DNA of 64,000 nt from the human T2T-CHM13v2.0 reference genome, Homo sapiens. The first letter of the stretch is position 1; each line of letters opens with the position of its first letter. The notes below the pieces were generated by a model, which searched no databases, was not told the DNA's origin, and worked only from the letters and a program-made list of their open reading frames with translations. The stretch is taken from assembly GCF_009914755.1 (NCBI RefSeq), contig NC_060932.1, one strand, 5' to 3'. Shown in pieces: positions 40,578 to 57,072 of this stretch. The position numbers and the translations under genes were made by a program.

Positions 40578-42927
40578 CTTGTTTTTTCTTCTTTCCCTTC
40601 TCTTTTGTCTCACATTCTACCTCCTACTTTCCCATCTTTCCTGATACCTGGTCCCAAGACTCTTACAGAGGAATAAATAGAGAAAACATAATGGATAAAA
40701 ATATTTTAAAAATTTAAAAATTGCTTTTAAAAATTACTACTGCTAGTGACAGGGAAAAGATGTATGTGTTTTACCACTTGTGATATTAAGTATTTTAATG
40801 AAAATAAGGGAAATTTGAGAGGGATGGAGCAGAAGACAGAGATTTTAAAAGTTTGATTAAAGTCAAAAACAATAGTCAAGCAAATGAATGAAAAACTACT
40901 TTCTTATTTATTTACCTAGGGCAGTGAGAGATGATGGAGAAAAATACCAAATAAGAACGGAAACAGTTTAATGATAGAAAACATTCAATTGTAAGCAAAA
41001 AAGACTAACTAGAGGGGAAATTTCAGATATAACAAGAATCAAAAGACTAGGTGAGAAAATTTGCCTTAAGGACAAAAGCTGTTACGAAGAATGAAGGAAG
41101 TCAAACAAGCAGAAATGTTTCACCTTGGCACATATTGGACAATCATAAAAGTGTAGGGAGGAGAAAGTTCTCTTGGTGCTGAGGGACATCCATTTCTACG
41201 TCCCCAAAAGTACATAGAAAAATAAAAATCATATGAGAATTTGTTTCAGTCTCTCAGAAAGTGAATTGAAGAATACACAGTAGAAGACATTGAGATTGGC
41301 TGTAAGGTATCACAAGGAGGAATTAATTTATTGAAAATGGAGAAATACAAAACTAAAATTTTCTGAAGAATTTGCTGACTTTTAGAGACATAATAAAATG
41401 ACAAAGTCAATAGCTAAAGGAATGTATTTACATTCAAAAGAGAATTTTAGGAACTGCGGATCATAATTATATTGAATATAAACAGACAAAATAAACAGAG
41501 GATTTTTTTTTATTCAAAAGTACCAGTTGGAAGAATGGCGTAGCTCGTAGAAATCTTAGATACAAATTAACATTGAAAAACACTCATAGGAGGAGGTGAT
41601 TAAATAAGTTTCCTAAAGGGCCAAATGAGAAAACACATGACGGAGTCAGCACAATTATTTAATGTAATGCAAAGATTTTTATTTGCTGTCAAAGGTCAAA
41701 TGCTTCTAAAGACTGTAGAAGAAGAATTTACCAGATTCTTTTAAGAACTTGTATTGGTATTTGATCTTGTAAGGAGAGATTTAAGACTTTGAAATAAGCA
41801 AAAAAAAAAAAAAAAAAAAAATTACCAAACCTTTTTTTCAATGGAATGCTGGAGTCTATGGAGGTTGTCTGCAACTTTGTCACGACTAGACTATTTTACA
41901 GTCCTATAGATTTAAGAAACCGGTTAGAATGTAAATAATTCTTGCCCATTTTAAATGATTCTTGCTTTTTATAGACATCTAAATAACTTCTGACTGGCAA
42001 AGGGATGACCTTCCCCCTGCCCTATGAAAAAAGTCAGTTTTGCTTCCATTTGTAAAGTAATTCCACCATTTCTTTACTCCACATAAATTTGCGGTTCTTT
42101 GATTTCTCTTTTGAACTAGCAGTAACATTTTTCCCAGTTATCTCATTTAATTAATAGTTAGATAAAATCTTTGATGCCTGTTCATTTTCTGTTTGTATGA
42201 GAGGCTTAAAAAAAAGATTCTTTAGTCATTTTGGAGGTTCCACTGAGATGCCCTACTCTGACAGAGTTGGATGAACGTCATCACCAGAAACGGGGCAAGT
42301 CAGAGGCTCCCTTTCCCCAGGGAGGTCTTTTCTTGGTTTATAGAGGTGAATCTGAAGTGGTAATAGATCTTTGCTTATTCTCTGTTTTCTAATTTCAATT
42401 TTCCTCTCCACTAATTTGTCTTTTGTTTTTGTTATCTCTTTGTATATAGCCAATAAATTATTCCCCATTGATGGAAGCAGTGATTGTGAATTTGGTTTAT
42501 GATCTAATCATTTGGTAAGCTCTCTAAATGGATTTGTGGTTTATAGAGATCTATTCTCTCTTGAGTGAGAGATGATGGAAATCTTGATTGTTTCTCTTGT
42601 ATTTGTCTATTTGCCTATTTTGAATTCAGATTATTTCAGAATATCACATCTACAAAGGAGAACAGCTCTTTGATATCTGTGTTAGTGAGTTTCTGTATTT
42701 CTGTACTTACTCTTGATCTATGACTAAAATGGCAGAATTGAAGCTTTAAGGTATCTATGGGTCTGTATGATATATGTTTGTAATCTGGAAAGGATTTTAA
42801 CTCTCATCGACTGTGCAATGTTTTTCTCTCCCCAAGGAGTTCTAATAAATGAGATGTAAGAGACTCTTACTGAAGGAGCTCTGTTCCAATTGGCCTATAG
42901 AAATAAATAAATGTACATTAAATATAC

Positions 42928-44470
42928 AGAATGTATATTCTGTTGATTTGGGATGGAGAGTTCTGTAGATGTCTATTAGGTCCGCTTGGTGCAGAGCTGA
43001 GTTCAATTCCTGGATATCCTTGTTAACTTTCTGTCTCGTTGATCTGTCTCATGTTGACAGTGGGGTGTTAAAGTCTCCCATTATTATTGTGTGGGAGTCT
43101 AAATCTCTTTGTAGGTCTCTAAGGACTTGCTTTATGAATCTGGGTGCTCCTGTATTGGGTGCATATATATTTAGGATAGTTAGCTCTTCTTGTTGAATTG
43201 ATCCCTTTACCATTATGTAATGGCCTTCTTTGTCTCTTTTGATCTTTGTTGGTTTAAAGTCTGTCTTATCAGAGACTAGGATTGCAACCCCTGCCTTTTT
43301 TTGTTTTCCATTTGCTTGGTAGATCTTCCTCCATCCTTTTATTTTGAGCCTATGTGTGTCTCTGCACATGAGATGGGTTTCCTGAATACAGCACACTGAT
43401 GGGTCTTGACTCTTTATCCAATTTGTCAGTCTGTGTCTTTTAATTGGAGCATTTAGCCCATATACATTTAAGGTTAATATTGTTATGTGTGAATTTGATC
43501 CTGTCATTATGATGTTAGCTGGTTATTTTGCCCGTTAGTTGATGCAGTTTATTCCTAGTGTCGATGGTCTTTACAATTTGGCATGTTTTTGCAGTGGCTG
43601 GTACTGGTTGTTCCTTTCCATGTTTAGTGCTTCCTTCAGGAGCTCTTGTAGGGCAGGCCTGGTGGTGACAAAATCTGTCAGCATTTGCTTGTCTGTAAAG
43701 TATTTTATTTCTCCTTCACTTATGAAGCTTAGTTTGGCTGGATATGAAATTCTGGGTTGAAAACTCTTTTCTTTAAGAATGTTGAATATTGGCCCCCACT
43801 CTCTTCTGGCTTGTAGAGTTTCTGCCAAGAGATCAGCTGTTAGTCTGATGGGCTTCCCTTTGTGGGTAACCCAACCTTTCTCTCTGGCTGCCCTTAACAT
43901 TTTTACCTTCATTTCAACTTTGGTGAATCTGACAATTATGTGTCTTGGAATTGCTTTTCTCGAGGAGTATCTTTGTGGTGTTCTCTGTATTTCCTGAATC
44001 TGAACGTTGGCCTGCCTTCCTAGATTGGGGAAGTTCTCCTGGATAATATCCTGCAGAGTGTTTTCCAGCTTGGTTCCATTCTCCCTGTCACTTTCAGGTA
44101 CACCAATCAGACACAGATTTGGTCTTTTCACATAGTCCCATATTTCTTGGAGGTTTTATTCATTTCTTTTCATTCCTTTTTCTCTAAACTTCTCTTCTTG
44201 CTTCATTTCATTCATTTCATCTTCCATCACTGATACCCTTTCTTCCAGTTGATCAAATTGGCTACTGAGGCTTATGCATTCGTCATGTAGTTCTCGTGCC
44301 TTGGTTTTCAGCTCCATCAGGTCCTTTAAGAACTTCTCTGCATTGGTTATTCTAGTTAGCCATTCATCTAATTTTTTTTCAGTGTTTTTAACTTCTTTGC
44401 CATGGGTTTGAACTCCCTCCTTTAGCTCAGAGTAGTTTGATCGTCTGAAGCCTTCCTCTCTCAACTCGCC
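42928..44470 (-). mobile_element. L1PA4/5-like inverted 5' segment: disrupted ORF1p and ORF2p endonuclease start
   Basis: ORF track 43049-43507 is ORF2p EN (MTGSNSHITILTLNV...). Tracks 43571-44131 and 44156-44464 are ORF1p pieces. Confidence 0.95.
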
Positions 44471-46304
<1,834 letters not shown>

Positions 46305-46983
46305 GAAAGACAGACCATAGCAAGTGTTAGCAAGAATGTGGAGAAATCAGAACTCTCAGACATTGTTGATATGAAAATAAACCGATGTAGCTTCTGTGAA
46401 AAACAGTTTTATAATTCTTCAAAAATTAAATGTAGAGTTGCCATATGATCTAGAAATTTCATGTCTAGCTTCCACCAAGAAAATTCAAAACATATGTTTA
46501 TATCACACCTTGCACACAAATGTTCATAGCAGCATTATTCATAATGGCCTAAGAGTGGAAGTAAACCAAAGTGTCCATCAATTGATGAATAGATAAAAAT
46601 GTTACATCCATGCAGTGGAATATTATTTGGCTAGAAAAAGGAATGAAGTATTGACACTTGCAGCAACATGAATGAACCTTGAAAAAACGCTAAGTGAAAA
46701 GAGCCAGACATAAGGTCACATATTATATGATTTGACATAAAATGTCCAGAATAGATAAAAACACATATATAGAAACACAATATATTAGCAGTTGCCAAGG
46801 GGAAAGGAGGGATAGGGAGTGACTGCCAATAAATATGGGGTTGCACTTTGGGGTGATGTAAATATTCTGGAATTGGATAATGGTGGTGGTTGCCTAAGTT
46901 TATGAATATACTAAAAACCAATGAATTGTACACATTAAAATGGTGACTTTTATGGTAGGTGAATTATATCTCAATTCAAAAAA
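46305..46983 (+). mobile_element. L1MB 3' end
   Basis: aagacagaccatagcaagtgtt..gagttgccatatgatc..tgaattgtacac..gtgaattatatctcaat. Confidence 0.85.
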
Positions 46984-46984
46984 G

Positions 46985-48887
46985 ATCTTTAGGGAATTTA
47001 GAGCCTTAAACTGATTAATGAATAATCACTGGATACCTAAATTATATCTAAGTAATATAGAACACTGAAACATTGATTAATGAACATAATTTTATGTTTA
47101 CAGGCTTTTGCTTTTTATGTGCTACAGATAGGCTATCTCCTTGGTTAATTTTTGCCAATTTCAGAAGGCATGGAAGGCTACAGCAGGTATGTGGCCATAG
47201 AGAATTGTGTTATGTGTGTTTATGATTTCTGCTTGTTGCTAAAATAAATGCTTGTTACAGACTGTTCTTTATTATCTACTCCCAAGTGTTATCTGTGAAA
47301 TAAAAATTATTTACTTTGCTTAAGTTGTAATTAATATTGGTGGTTGAGAATATACTGGGAGCAATAGTGACAGAGAAAATATGACTCTGTATGTGCTTCT
47401 GTTTTTTAAGAAAAAGAATAGTTTTCTCCTAAAATAGTACTTCTCTGTTATTTTTTCTTTTCTCTTTTTCTTTTTCCTGTTCTTCAGACCCATTTATACT
47501 CTTAAAACTTATTGACGACCCCAAGGAGTTTTGTTCATGTGGGTTACAACTACTGATACTGACTCTTGGAGATTGAAACCAAGAACTTTTGAAAATGCTT
47601 ACTTTGGGATTTGTTCAAAGGTAGCAATGATAAAAGCATTCTATGCTAACAGCATCTTATGAAATTAGTTCTTGTGGTCTTGCGAGATCCGTCTTAAAGC
47701 CCCAGTTTGTTCCAGAATATTAAAGAGCACAATGAAAGGCAAAGCTTGGAATGTAAATTTTCTTTGCCTTGGTTTATAATCCCTGTGTCTGAAAAGTTAT
47801 GGAATGTGTTAGTAGGTTAGCAAAGTTTGTTCAGCGTGGATGGGCTTGCTTCCTTGATTTACTGCTTCTTGCTTTTGCTTACAATATGAAGGGTTAATCT
47901 TCTTGTGTCATCTGCCTACAAAGCAAAGATTCTGTGTCTTATCAGAACGGCTTTCTGTGCTTTAACTTGACTTTATTACAACCTACATTACTTAAGAAAA
48001 CAACAAAAAAGAGAGAAACAAAGAATCCTCACTTCTGTAATAACTAACATTTGGGTAATTATGTTTCCATCTATTCTTGTTTTTGAATTTTTTGTTCTTT
48101 CAATTAAATAGGTAATAATATTTTTCAGGCATTTATGATCTAACCTTAATCAAGTGCCTAATTTCCTCTCATAATATTTTTTATCTTTGTCTCCCTAAAA
48201 TTAGACCCTCAATTATAGAAAAAAATGTAAAGTAAAACTTTCAGAATTGTACTTAAAACAATATTTGTGATTTCCCAGAGGACCCCTGCAAAATCACAAG
48301 GATTTGTTTCTTCACCTTGAAAAGTACTAGAAATAATTAGTTTTTTTTGTTTTTTTAAATCTACATTGCTATTGATGTACTGCATGAGAAGAGCTGTCAA
48401 ATCAAAGGAGATGCTTCTCCTTCCCAGGTGGAATTCTCATAAGTAAAATGTTGTCAATATAAATATTTCAGAAATTGTGGAAATTCTGTATGGGAAGTTC
48501 CAGGGATTTTTCAAAGCTCTTGATGTCCATGATATGTTTCTATTTATCAGAGCCTTGGTGCTGTTTTGCCTGATGATATTGGGCATCAGTAGTAAAGTGT
48601 TATCAGTCATGAATTTTAGTTATTGTTTAAATGCTTATTGGCTACAAGCTTATTCTTAATTTAAATCTACTATTTTTTAGTTCAGTGGTTCTCAGATGGG
48701 GATGCACCTCAGATGCATGCATAAAGTTTTATAAAAATATAGATGTCTAAACTGTAATCCAAACTTACTGAATCTCTTTACTTGACAACCTTGGGATGCT
48801 CTTAGCCTATGCTTTGTAAATTGTTGATATCTTTTATGAATTATGTCTCAGAATTATTATTTTATATATCAGAATTATTTCCTCTGT
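46985..48887. mobile_element. Probable ancient ERV-internal-like sequence (similar text at about 42250-42927 and 51406-51700)
   Basis: Compositional resemblance only; family not assigned. Confidence 0.3.
47483..47665. mobile_element. Charlie1-like hAT terminal fragment
   Basis: gacccatttatactcttaaaacttattgacgaccccaaggagttttgttcatgtgggtta resembles the Charlie1 end. Confidence 0.65.
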
Positions 48888-48904
48888 AAAAAGTATGTTC
48901 ATCT

Positions 48905-51388
48905 GGATATGAAATTCTGGGTTGAAAATTCTTTTCTTTAAGAATGTTGAATACTGGCCCCTACTCTCTTCTGGCTTGTAGGGTTTCTGCAGAGAGATCT
49001 GCTGTTAGTCTGATGGGCTTCCGTTTGTGTGTAACCCGACCTTTCTCTCTGGCTGCCCTTAACATTTTTTCCTTCAATTCAACCTTGGTGAATCTGACAA
49101 TTATGTGTCTTGGGGTTGTTCTTCTCGAGGAGTATCTTTGTGGTGTTCTCTGTAATTCCTGAATTTGAATGTTGGCTTGTCTTGCTATGTTGGGGAAGTT
49201 CTGCTGGATAATATCCTGAAGAGTGTTTTCCAACTTGGTTCCATTCTCCCTGTCACTTTCAGGTAAACCAATCAGACACAGATTTGGTCTTTTCACATAG
49301 TCCCATATTTCTTGGAGGCTTTGTTCATTTCTTTTTATTCTTTTTTCTCTAATCCTGTCTTCTTGCTTTATTTCATTAAGTTGATCTGCAATCTCTGATA
49401 TCCTTTCTTCCACTTGATCGATTCGGCTATTGATACCTGTGTGTGCTTCACGAAGTTCTCGTGCTGTGTTTTTCAGCCCTGAGTGATTGAGCCTGAGGAA
49501 CTGTGCACTCCGGCCCAGATACTGCACTTTTCCCATGGTCTTCGCAACCTGCAGACCAGGAGATCCCCTCCAGTGCCTATCCCACCAGGACCCTGGGTTT
49601 CAAGCACATAACTGGGTGGCCATTTGGGCAGACACTAAACTAGCTGCAGGAGTTTTTTTTTCCATACCCCAGTGGCGTCTGGAATGCCAGCGAGACAGTA
49701 CCATTCACTTCCCTGGAAAGGGGGCTAAAGCCAGGGAGCCAAGTGGTCTGGCTCGGCGGGTCCCACCCCCATGGAGCCCAGCAAACTAAGATCTACTGGC
49801 TTGAAGTTCTCACTGCCAGCAAAGCAGCAGTCTGAGATTGACCTGGGACACTCTAGCTTGGTGGGGGGAGGGGCATCCCCCATTGCTGAGGCTTGAGTAG
49901 GCGGTTTTACCTCACAGTGTAAACAAAGCCTCCAGGAAGGTAGAACTGGACGGAGCCCATGGCATCTCAGCAAGGCCACTGTGGCCAGACTGCCAGATTT
50001 CTCCTCTCTGGGTAGGGCATCTCTGAATAAAAAGGCAGCAGCCCCAGTCGGGGACTTACAGATAAAACCTCCGTCTCCCTGGGACAGAGGACCTGGAGGA
50101 AGAGGCAGCTGTGGGTGCAGCTTCAGCAGACTTCAACGTCCCTGCCTGATGGCTCTGAAGAGAGCAGCGAACCTCCCAGCACAGCATCTGAGCTTTGCTA
50201 AGGGTCAGACTGCCTCCTCAAGTGGGTTCCTGACCCCCGTGTATCCTGACTGGGAGACATCCTGACTGACAGACACCTCATACAAGAGAGCTCTGGCTGG
50301 CATCTGGCAGGTGTCCTTCTGGGATGAAGCTTCCAGAAGAAAGAATAGGCAGCAATCTTTGCTATGCTGTAGCCTCCACTGGTAATACTCAGGCAAACAG
50401 GGTCTGGAGTGGACCTCATCAGAGTGAATAGGCAACCTACAGAATGGGAGAAAATTTTTGCAATCCATCCATCTCACAAAGGGTTAATATCCATAATCTA
50501 CAAAGAACTTAAACAAATTTACAAGAAAAAAACAAACAACCCCATCAAAAAGTGGGCAAAGGACATGAACAGACACTTCTCAAAAGAAGACATTAATGCA
50601 GCCAACAAATGTATGAAAATATGCTCATCATCACTGGTCGTCAGAGAAATGCGAATCAAAACCACAATGAGATACCATCTCATGCCAGTTAGAATGGCGA
50701 TCATTAAAACATCAGGAAACAACAGATGCTGGAGAGGTTGTGGAGAAGAAGGAATGCTTTTACACTGTTGGTGGGAGTGTAAATTAGTTCAATCATTGTG
50801 GAAGACAGTGTGGCAATTCCTCAAGGATCTAGAACTAGAAATACCATTTGACCCAGCAATCCCATTACTGGGTATATACCCAAAGGATTATAAATCATTC
50901 TACTATAAAAATACATGCACATGTATGTTTATTGAGGCACTATTCACAATAGCAAAGACTTCGAACCAACCCAAATGTCCATCAATGATAGACTTGATAA
51001 AGAAAATGTGGCACATATACACCATGGAATACTATGAAGCCATAAAAGAGGATGAGTTCATGTCCTTTGTAGGGACATGGATGAAGCTGGAAACCATCAT
51101 TCTCAGCAAAGTAACAAAAGAACAGAAAACCAGACACCACATGTCCTCACTCATAAGTGGGAGCTGAACAATGAGAACACATGGACACAGGGAGGGGAAC
51201 ATTACACACCGGGGCCTGTCAGGGGCTGGGGTCTAGGGGAGGGATAGCATTAGGAGAAATACCTAATGTAGGTGATGAGTTGATGGGTTCAGCAAACCAC
51301 CATGGCACGTGTATACCTATGTAACTGCACGTTCTGTACATGTACCCCAGAACTTAAAGTGTAATAAAAAAATACAAAAAAAGTACAA
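48905..51388. mobile_element. L1PA7-like rearranged insertion (inverted ORF1 piece, sense 5' UTR piece, sense 3' end), 17-bp TSD
   Basis: TSD AAAAAGTATGTTCATCT at 48888-48904 and AAAAGGTATGTTCATCT at 51389-51405. ORF1p on minus at 48905-49477, 5' UTR on plus at 49478-50417, ORF2p C-terminus and 3' UTR on plus at 50418-51388. Confidence 0.93.
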
Positions 51389-52029
51389 AAAAGGTATGTT
51401 CATCTAATTTTATAAATTAAGATTAATTTTGCTGACTTCTTTGAAAATAGGTTTAATCATGGTCCTTTAAGGCATTTAAGTTTATTGGAATGGTTTTATT
51501 ACCTTGTTTTTCATGCCACCAAATTTGCTTGTCAGTTGCATTATTCTTGTATGAGCGCTTATCAGAACTTTAACATTTGAAAATTATCAGTAATAAATTA
51601 ACCACAACTATTTAAATCTCTATCATCCACAGATAGTTTTCATTTTACTTTGCTTTTTGCTGCAGACAGGATAAATGGAGAAGTCATCAATGATGGCTGA
51701 GAACAGTGAGTTCGATTCTCTTTCCACCTTCTCCTTCCTCCTTCAAATCAGAACACGACCCAGGCTCTCCTAGGCTCCTGACTTAACTGCCCTTATCATC
51801 TTGTTCACACATCAACATTTCTTTCTTTCTTCCTTCCTTTCTCTGTCTCTGTCTCTCCCTCCCTCTGTCCTTCTTTTTTCTTTTCTTTTCTTTTATGTGG
51901 GTTACAACTACTGATATTGACTCTATTGGAAATTGAAACTAAGAACTTTTGAAAATGCTTACTTACAGATTTCTTCAAAGGTAGCAATGATAAAAGCATT
52001 CTATGCTAATAACTTCGCCTCTTCTCTTC

Positions 52030-52340
<311 letters not shown>

Positions 52341-53539
52341 CCTGCCCCAGACTTTTTCGTGTTAAGTGGCCTACTTATTCATTTTCTCCCTTGTTTGGGA
52401 AGCCTCTTCTTTGCCTGTTTCTTTCATTTCTTCTCTCTCATGTTCCCAACGAATAATTTTTAAGTATTTTATCTACCCCTTCTCCCTGATCTGGAACGCT
52501 CCTCATCCTCTCTCCTCCTTTTTCCAGGCCTTTTCCTTTGCAAATGCCACCCTAATTCCTAATCTTTGACCTTCTCCACTAACCTTGAAATCCTCTACCC
52601 CTACTTTCATCTGACTTCCCTCTCAGTTGTGTCCACATTTCCTTCAGTGTGAACTCCTTATTCTGTCATAAGCAAACTCTTGTTTGTCCAGACTGCTTTT
52701 CTAACTCCATTTTTTACCTGCTTGCTAGAGCAGAAAATTTGCTCCCAAAATTTTACTGAACTGTGTCTATTTTGCTCTGCCAACTTGGGATTCCAAAACT
52801 GAAGATCAATCCAGTGCCTTTCTAAGTGCTTTAAGTGCTTTTCTGAATTAAAGGAAAGCATCAAATATCCAACCAGAATTCAACACAAAAGTTAACAGCT
52901 GTTGTATAAATAATCTCAGAGAGCCTCTTGTTATCTGAGGGAAGCCTTCTTTATTGAATTGTATTTGAAACACACAACTTGGCATTAATCTCACAGCTGC
53001 AAGATTTCTCGGAGGGAGAAAATATAGTCTGGATAGGGTTACATAAGCTACAGATGAAATAAAACCTATCTGTGAGCTGAATTCTTCAGCTGATCTGAAG
53101 TGATGGTAGGAATCATTTTCAAAACTGCTTGGAAGCATCGGTACGTATTACCACAGGGACTGCAGGTGACTTCACTGGCTTTTTCTTTTTTCTTTTATAC
53201 AGTGTGCATTTTGGCCTTGCCCACCTTTTGGAGAGACAAGTCTCACTCTTACAGACACTTTCTTTGCTTCTTTCCAACAGATGCTGAGCACAAATAATAC
53301 CTACTTAATTTTGGTAGAAAGAGGAAAGAATTCAATGCACCAAGTGGGTCAAAGTCTGCAATTACACTAGCGGGGGTAACTCTTGGATAATGAGCACTCA
53401 GTTCACAATTATGTTGTACATGTAATTTGTCAGTTGCACACTGGTTTCCACCCTCCCCCTGAATTCTGTCTCTTCCTGCAAGCTTCCTCAACTGAGTTTA
53501 TTTGGAAAATGCTTTCTATATGCTGGGCATTGCTCTAAA

Positions 53540-54000
53540 TTAATGGATCCCGAAGTTTGCTGCATATTGAATTCACTTGAAGAGTTTTTTGAACTCTTAA
53601 TCAGTGCCTAGGGATGGAGCTAAGTATCATTATGTTGTAAAGATTCTCAGATGATCCCCAAATACAGCAAAGTTTGGAAACCATTGTTCTAAGTGATTTA
53701 TCCATACTAACTCACTGAATGCTAGCTACACTGTGAGGTATTACTATTACTATACTTACTCAGTTGATAAATATTTATTATCTTCAATATATTGGGCATG
53801 TGCTAGGTATTGGAGATACTCCAATGAATAAGCCAGATAAATAGCTCTGTACTAATGAGCCTCCCATCATATTAGATTTTACGGATGGGATCACTGACAC
53901 TAGAAATATTAGGAGACTTCCTAAAGATCTCACTGATAGTAAGTGCTAGGGCTGGGATTTGTAGGCAGGTGACCTCAGAATCCACCCTCCTAGCCTCCAC
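53540..54000. mobile_element. MER5, MIR and L2 fragments
   Basis: tgctgcatattgaattcac..caaagtttggaaaccattg; gggatttgtaggcagg. Confidence 0.5.
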
Positions 54001-54366
54001 ACCTCCCTGCCTCTCTTCTGCAGTCCCACAGTGTCCTGGCATAAGGTCACTCTTCAGTCCTGACTTCACGGGACTCTCCTTGGAACTGGACACTATTGGC
54101 CACTCCTTTCCTTTTCTATATGTTCTGCTGCAGGACCCATGACATCATTCTCTCCCTGTTTTCTTCTATCTCTCTGGTTGTTCCTTCTCATTATCCTTTT
54201 CTGCTGCCTGACTTCTGATAATGGCTCTCCAGAAGTTCTGCCTCAGCCCTCTTTCCTTCTCACTCTTTATAATCTTACCTCCTTGCCCACTTAACTTCCA
54301 AGTTAACTCCTAGGCATTCGTTTGATCTCAGCCCAAATGCTGCCTCCTCTGAGAGACTTTTCCTAA

Positions 54367-54903
<537 letters not shown>

Positions 54904-55343
54904 TAGTAAATATGTCTTAAGAGAATGAGCATTGCACATTCTATCATGGATTCAAGCATTGCCTGTATTAGTGTTTCTCAAAGTATGTTGCACGGATGTC
55001 TGGACCAGGTTAACTTGGGATATTCACTACAAATGCAGAATCCTAGGCTCCACCTCAGATCTACTGAATCAGAGTCTCTGAAAATGATCGCATTTTCACA
55101 CAGAGTCACAGAAATATTATTTCTTAAAAATGTTTCCCACGGATGCAATCATCCACTATTTATCCATATATTTAGTAGTCATCTTTGAACCCACATCCTC
55201 CACTGTCCTCACATCAAACTGGGTTTTCTGGTCTAATCAACTCTACTTCCTATACATTTACCTACTGTTTTTCTTCTCATCCTTGAACCATCTCCATGCA
55301 GCTAGCTCTCACATGGCTTCCTTTCTTTCAGTCTCTTCCCTGA

Positions 55344-55772
<429 letters not shown>

Positions 55773-56059
55773 CAAACCATGGTTCTCTAACAAAGAGAAT
55801 GGTAGCAGCAAGGGAGAGAGCATTTCAGGTGGGAGTGGTCGACTACATTTTTCCTCACTGAGAATCCAAATAAGATAAACCCTGCAAATAGCCCATTGGT
55901 TTCAGTAGACTGAAAGTAATGGAACCCAGCTTATGGATTATGTAAAGCCCTGTATAGCATGTAGATTGTGTTGCTTGTAGCTGGTTTGACCCCAGCTGAA
56001 GCAGTGGCAAAGCTGTCTTGGCTTTTACTGCTCAGAGTTATCAGACTATTCCAGGTCAC

Positions 56060-56970
56060 AGAGATTGGTCAATCCAGTTCTCAGTGCTCACCCCATGTGT
56101 TGGAGAGGATAACTCATCATCCTTAGTATACTTTTTCACTTGTCTTCCAAGAAACTGCTCTTGCACAGTCACTTTCTTTTAGTCCCTATTTATAGCTCCC
56201 CATCTTCTCCCTGTCCTCTGAACATGGACATGCTCCAGAACTCAGTTCTTAATCATCTCTTATTTATTTTTACATGTATCCCCTTGATGATCTCATCCAG
56301 TCTCATAGCTGAAAATACCACTGATACGCTGACAATTCCCATGTTCCCATATTTATATTTCTAGCTCATGATTTTTTCCTAAACGCCAGATTCCTAAATC
56401 CAACTTCCTATTTGATAGCTCTACTTTGATGTTGGATAGTAATGATAACATTAACATATCCCAAACAGAATGCACAGCTCTATCCTAACATCTGCCTCCA
56501 AACCTACTCTTTCTACAGAAGTTTCCATTTGAGTTGGTGGCAATTCCATGATTCTAATTGCTCAGATCAAAAAGAAATCATTCTTGATCACTCTTTCTCT
56601 GAGCACACTGAATCTGTCAAAATATGCTTTTGGCTCTACTCTTCAAGGTATCTCCAAACCCAATGATTTCTGACCACTTCCACTGATTCCACCCTGGTGC
56701 GAGTTGCCTTGGTTTCTCACCTAGATCATGGCAGGTGCCTTCTTACTGTTTTTCCTACATATATCATGGCTCTCTGTAGACCCCTCTCAATGCATTGGCT
56801 AGAGTGGTCCTTTAAAGATGCAAGTTCAATTGTGTCATTTCTCTGCATGTCTTTCCACTTAACTCATGATAAAACCCAAGATTCTTACAGTGACCTTCAG
56901 GGCCCATGTGATTTAGTTCCTCGTCACTTCTCTGACCTCATCTGTAACACTTACACCCTGATCACTCTGT
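56060..56970 (+). mobile_element. L2 3' region
   Basis: tgatctcatccagtctcatagct..tctaggtttctcacctagatc-type L2 text; cagggcccatgtgatttag. Confidence 0.7.
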
Positions 56971-57072
56971 ACCAGTATGATTGGCTGAATAATGTCTCCC
57001 AATGATGTTCATGTCCAAATCCCTGGGACCTGTGAATGTGACCTTACATAACAAAAGGAACTTTGCCGATTA

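Noticed and set aside
50391-50430. Spliced-L1 (SpIRE) explanation for the 5' UTR to ORF2 junction
   Set aside because: The known acceptor context aaacag|ggtctgg is present but unused. The junction lies 17 nt downstream, and the recalled consensus has no GT donor there.
50409-51167. 252-aa ORF, the longest in the track
   Set aside because: It is the L1 ORF2p C-terminal cysteine-rich region with a GTG start created at the rearrangement junction. There is no evidence of domestication.
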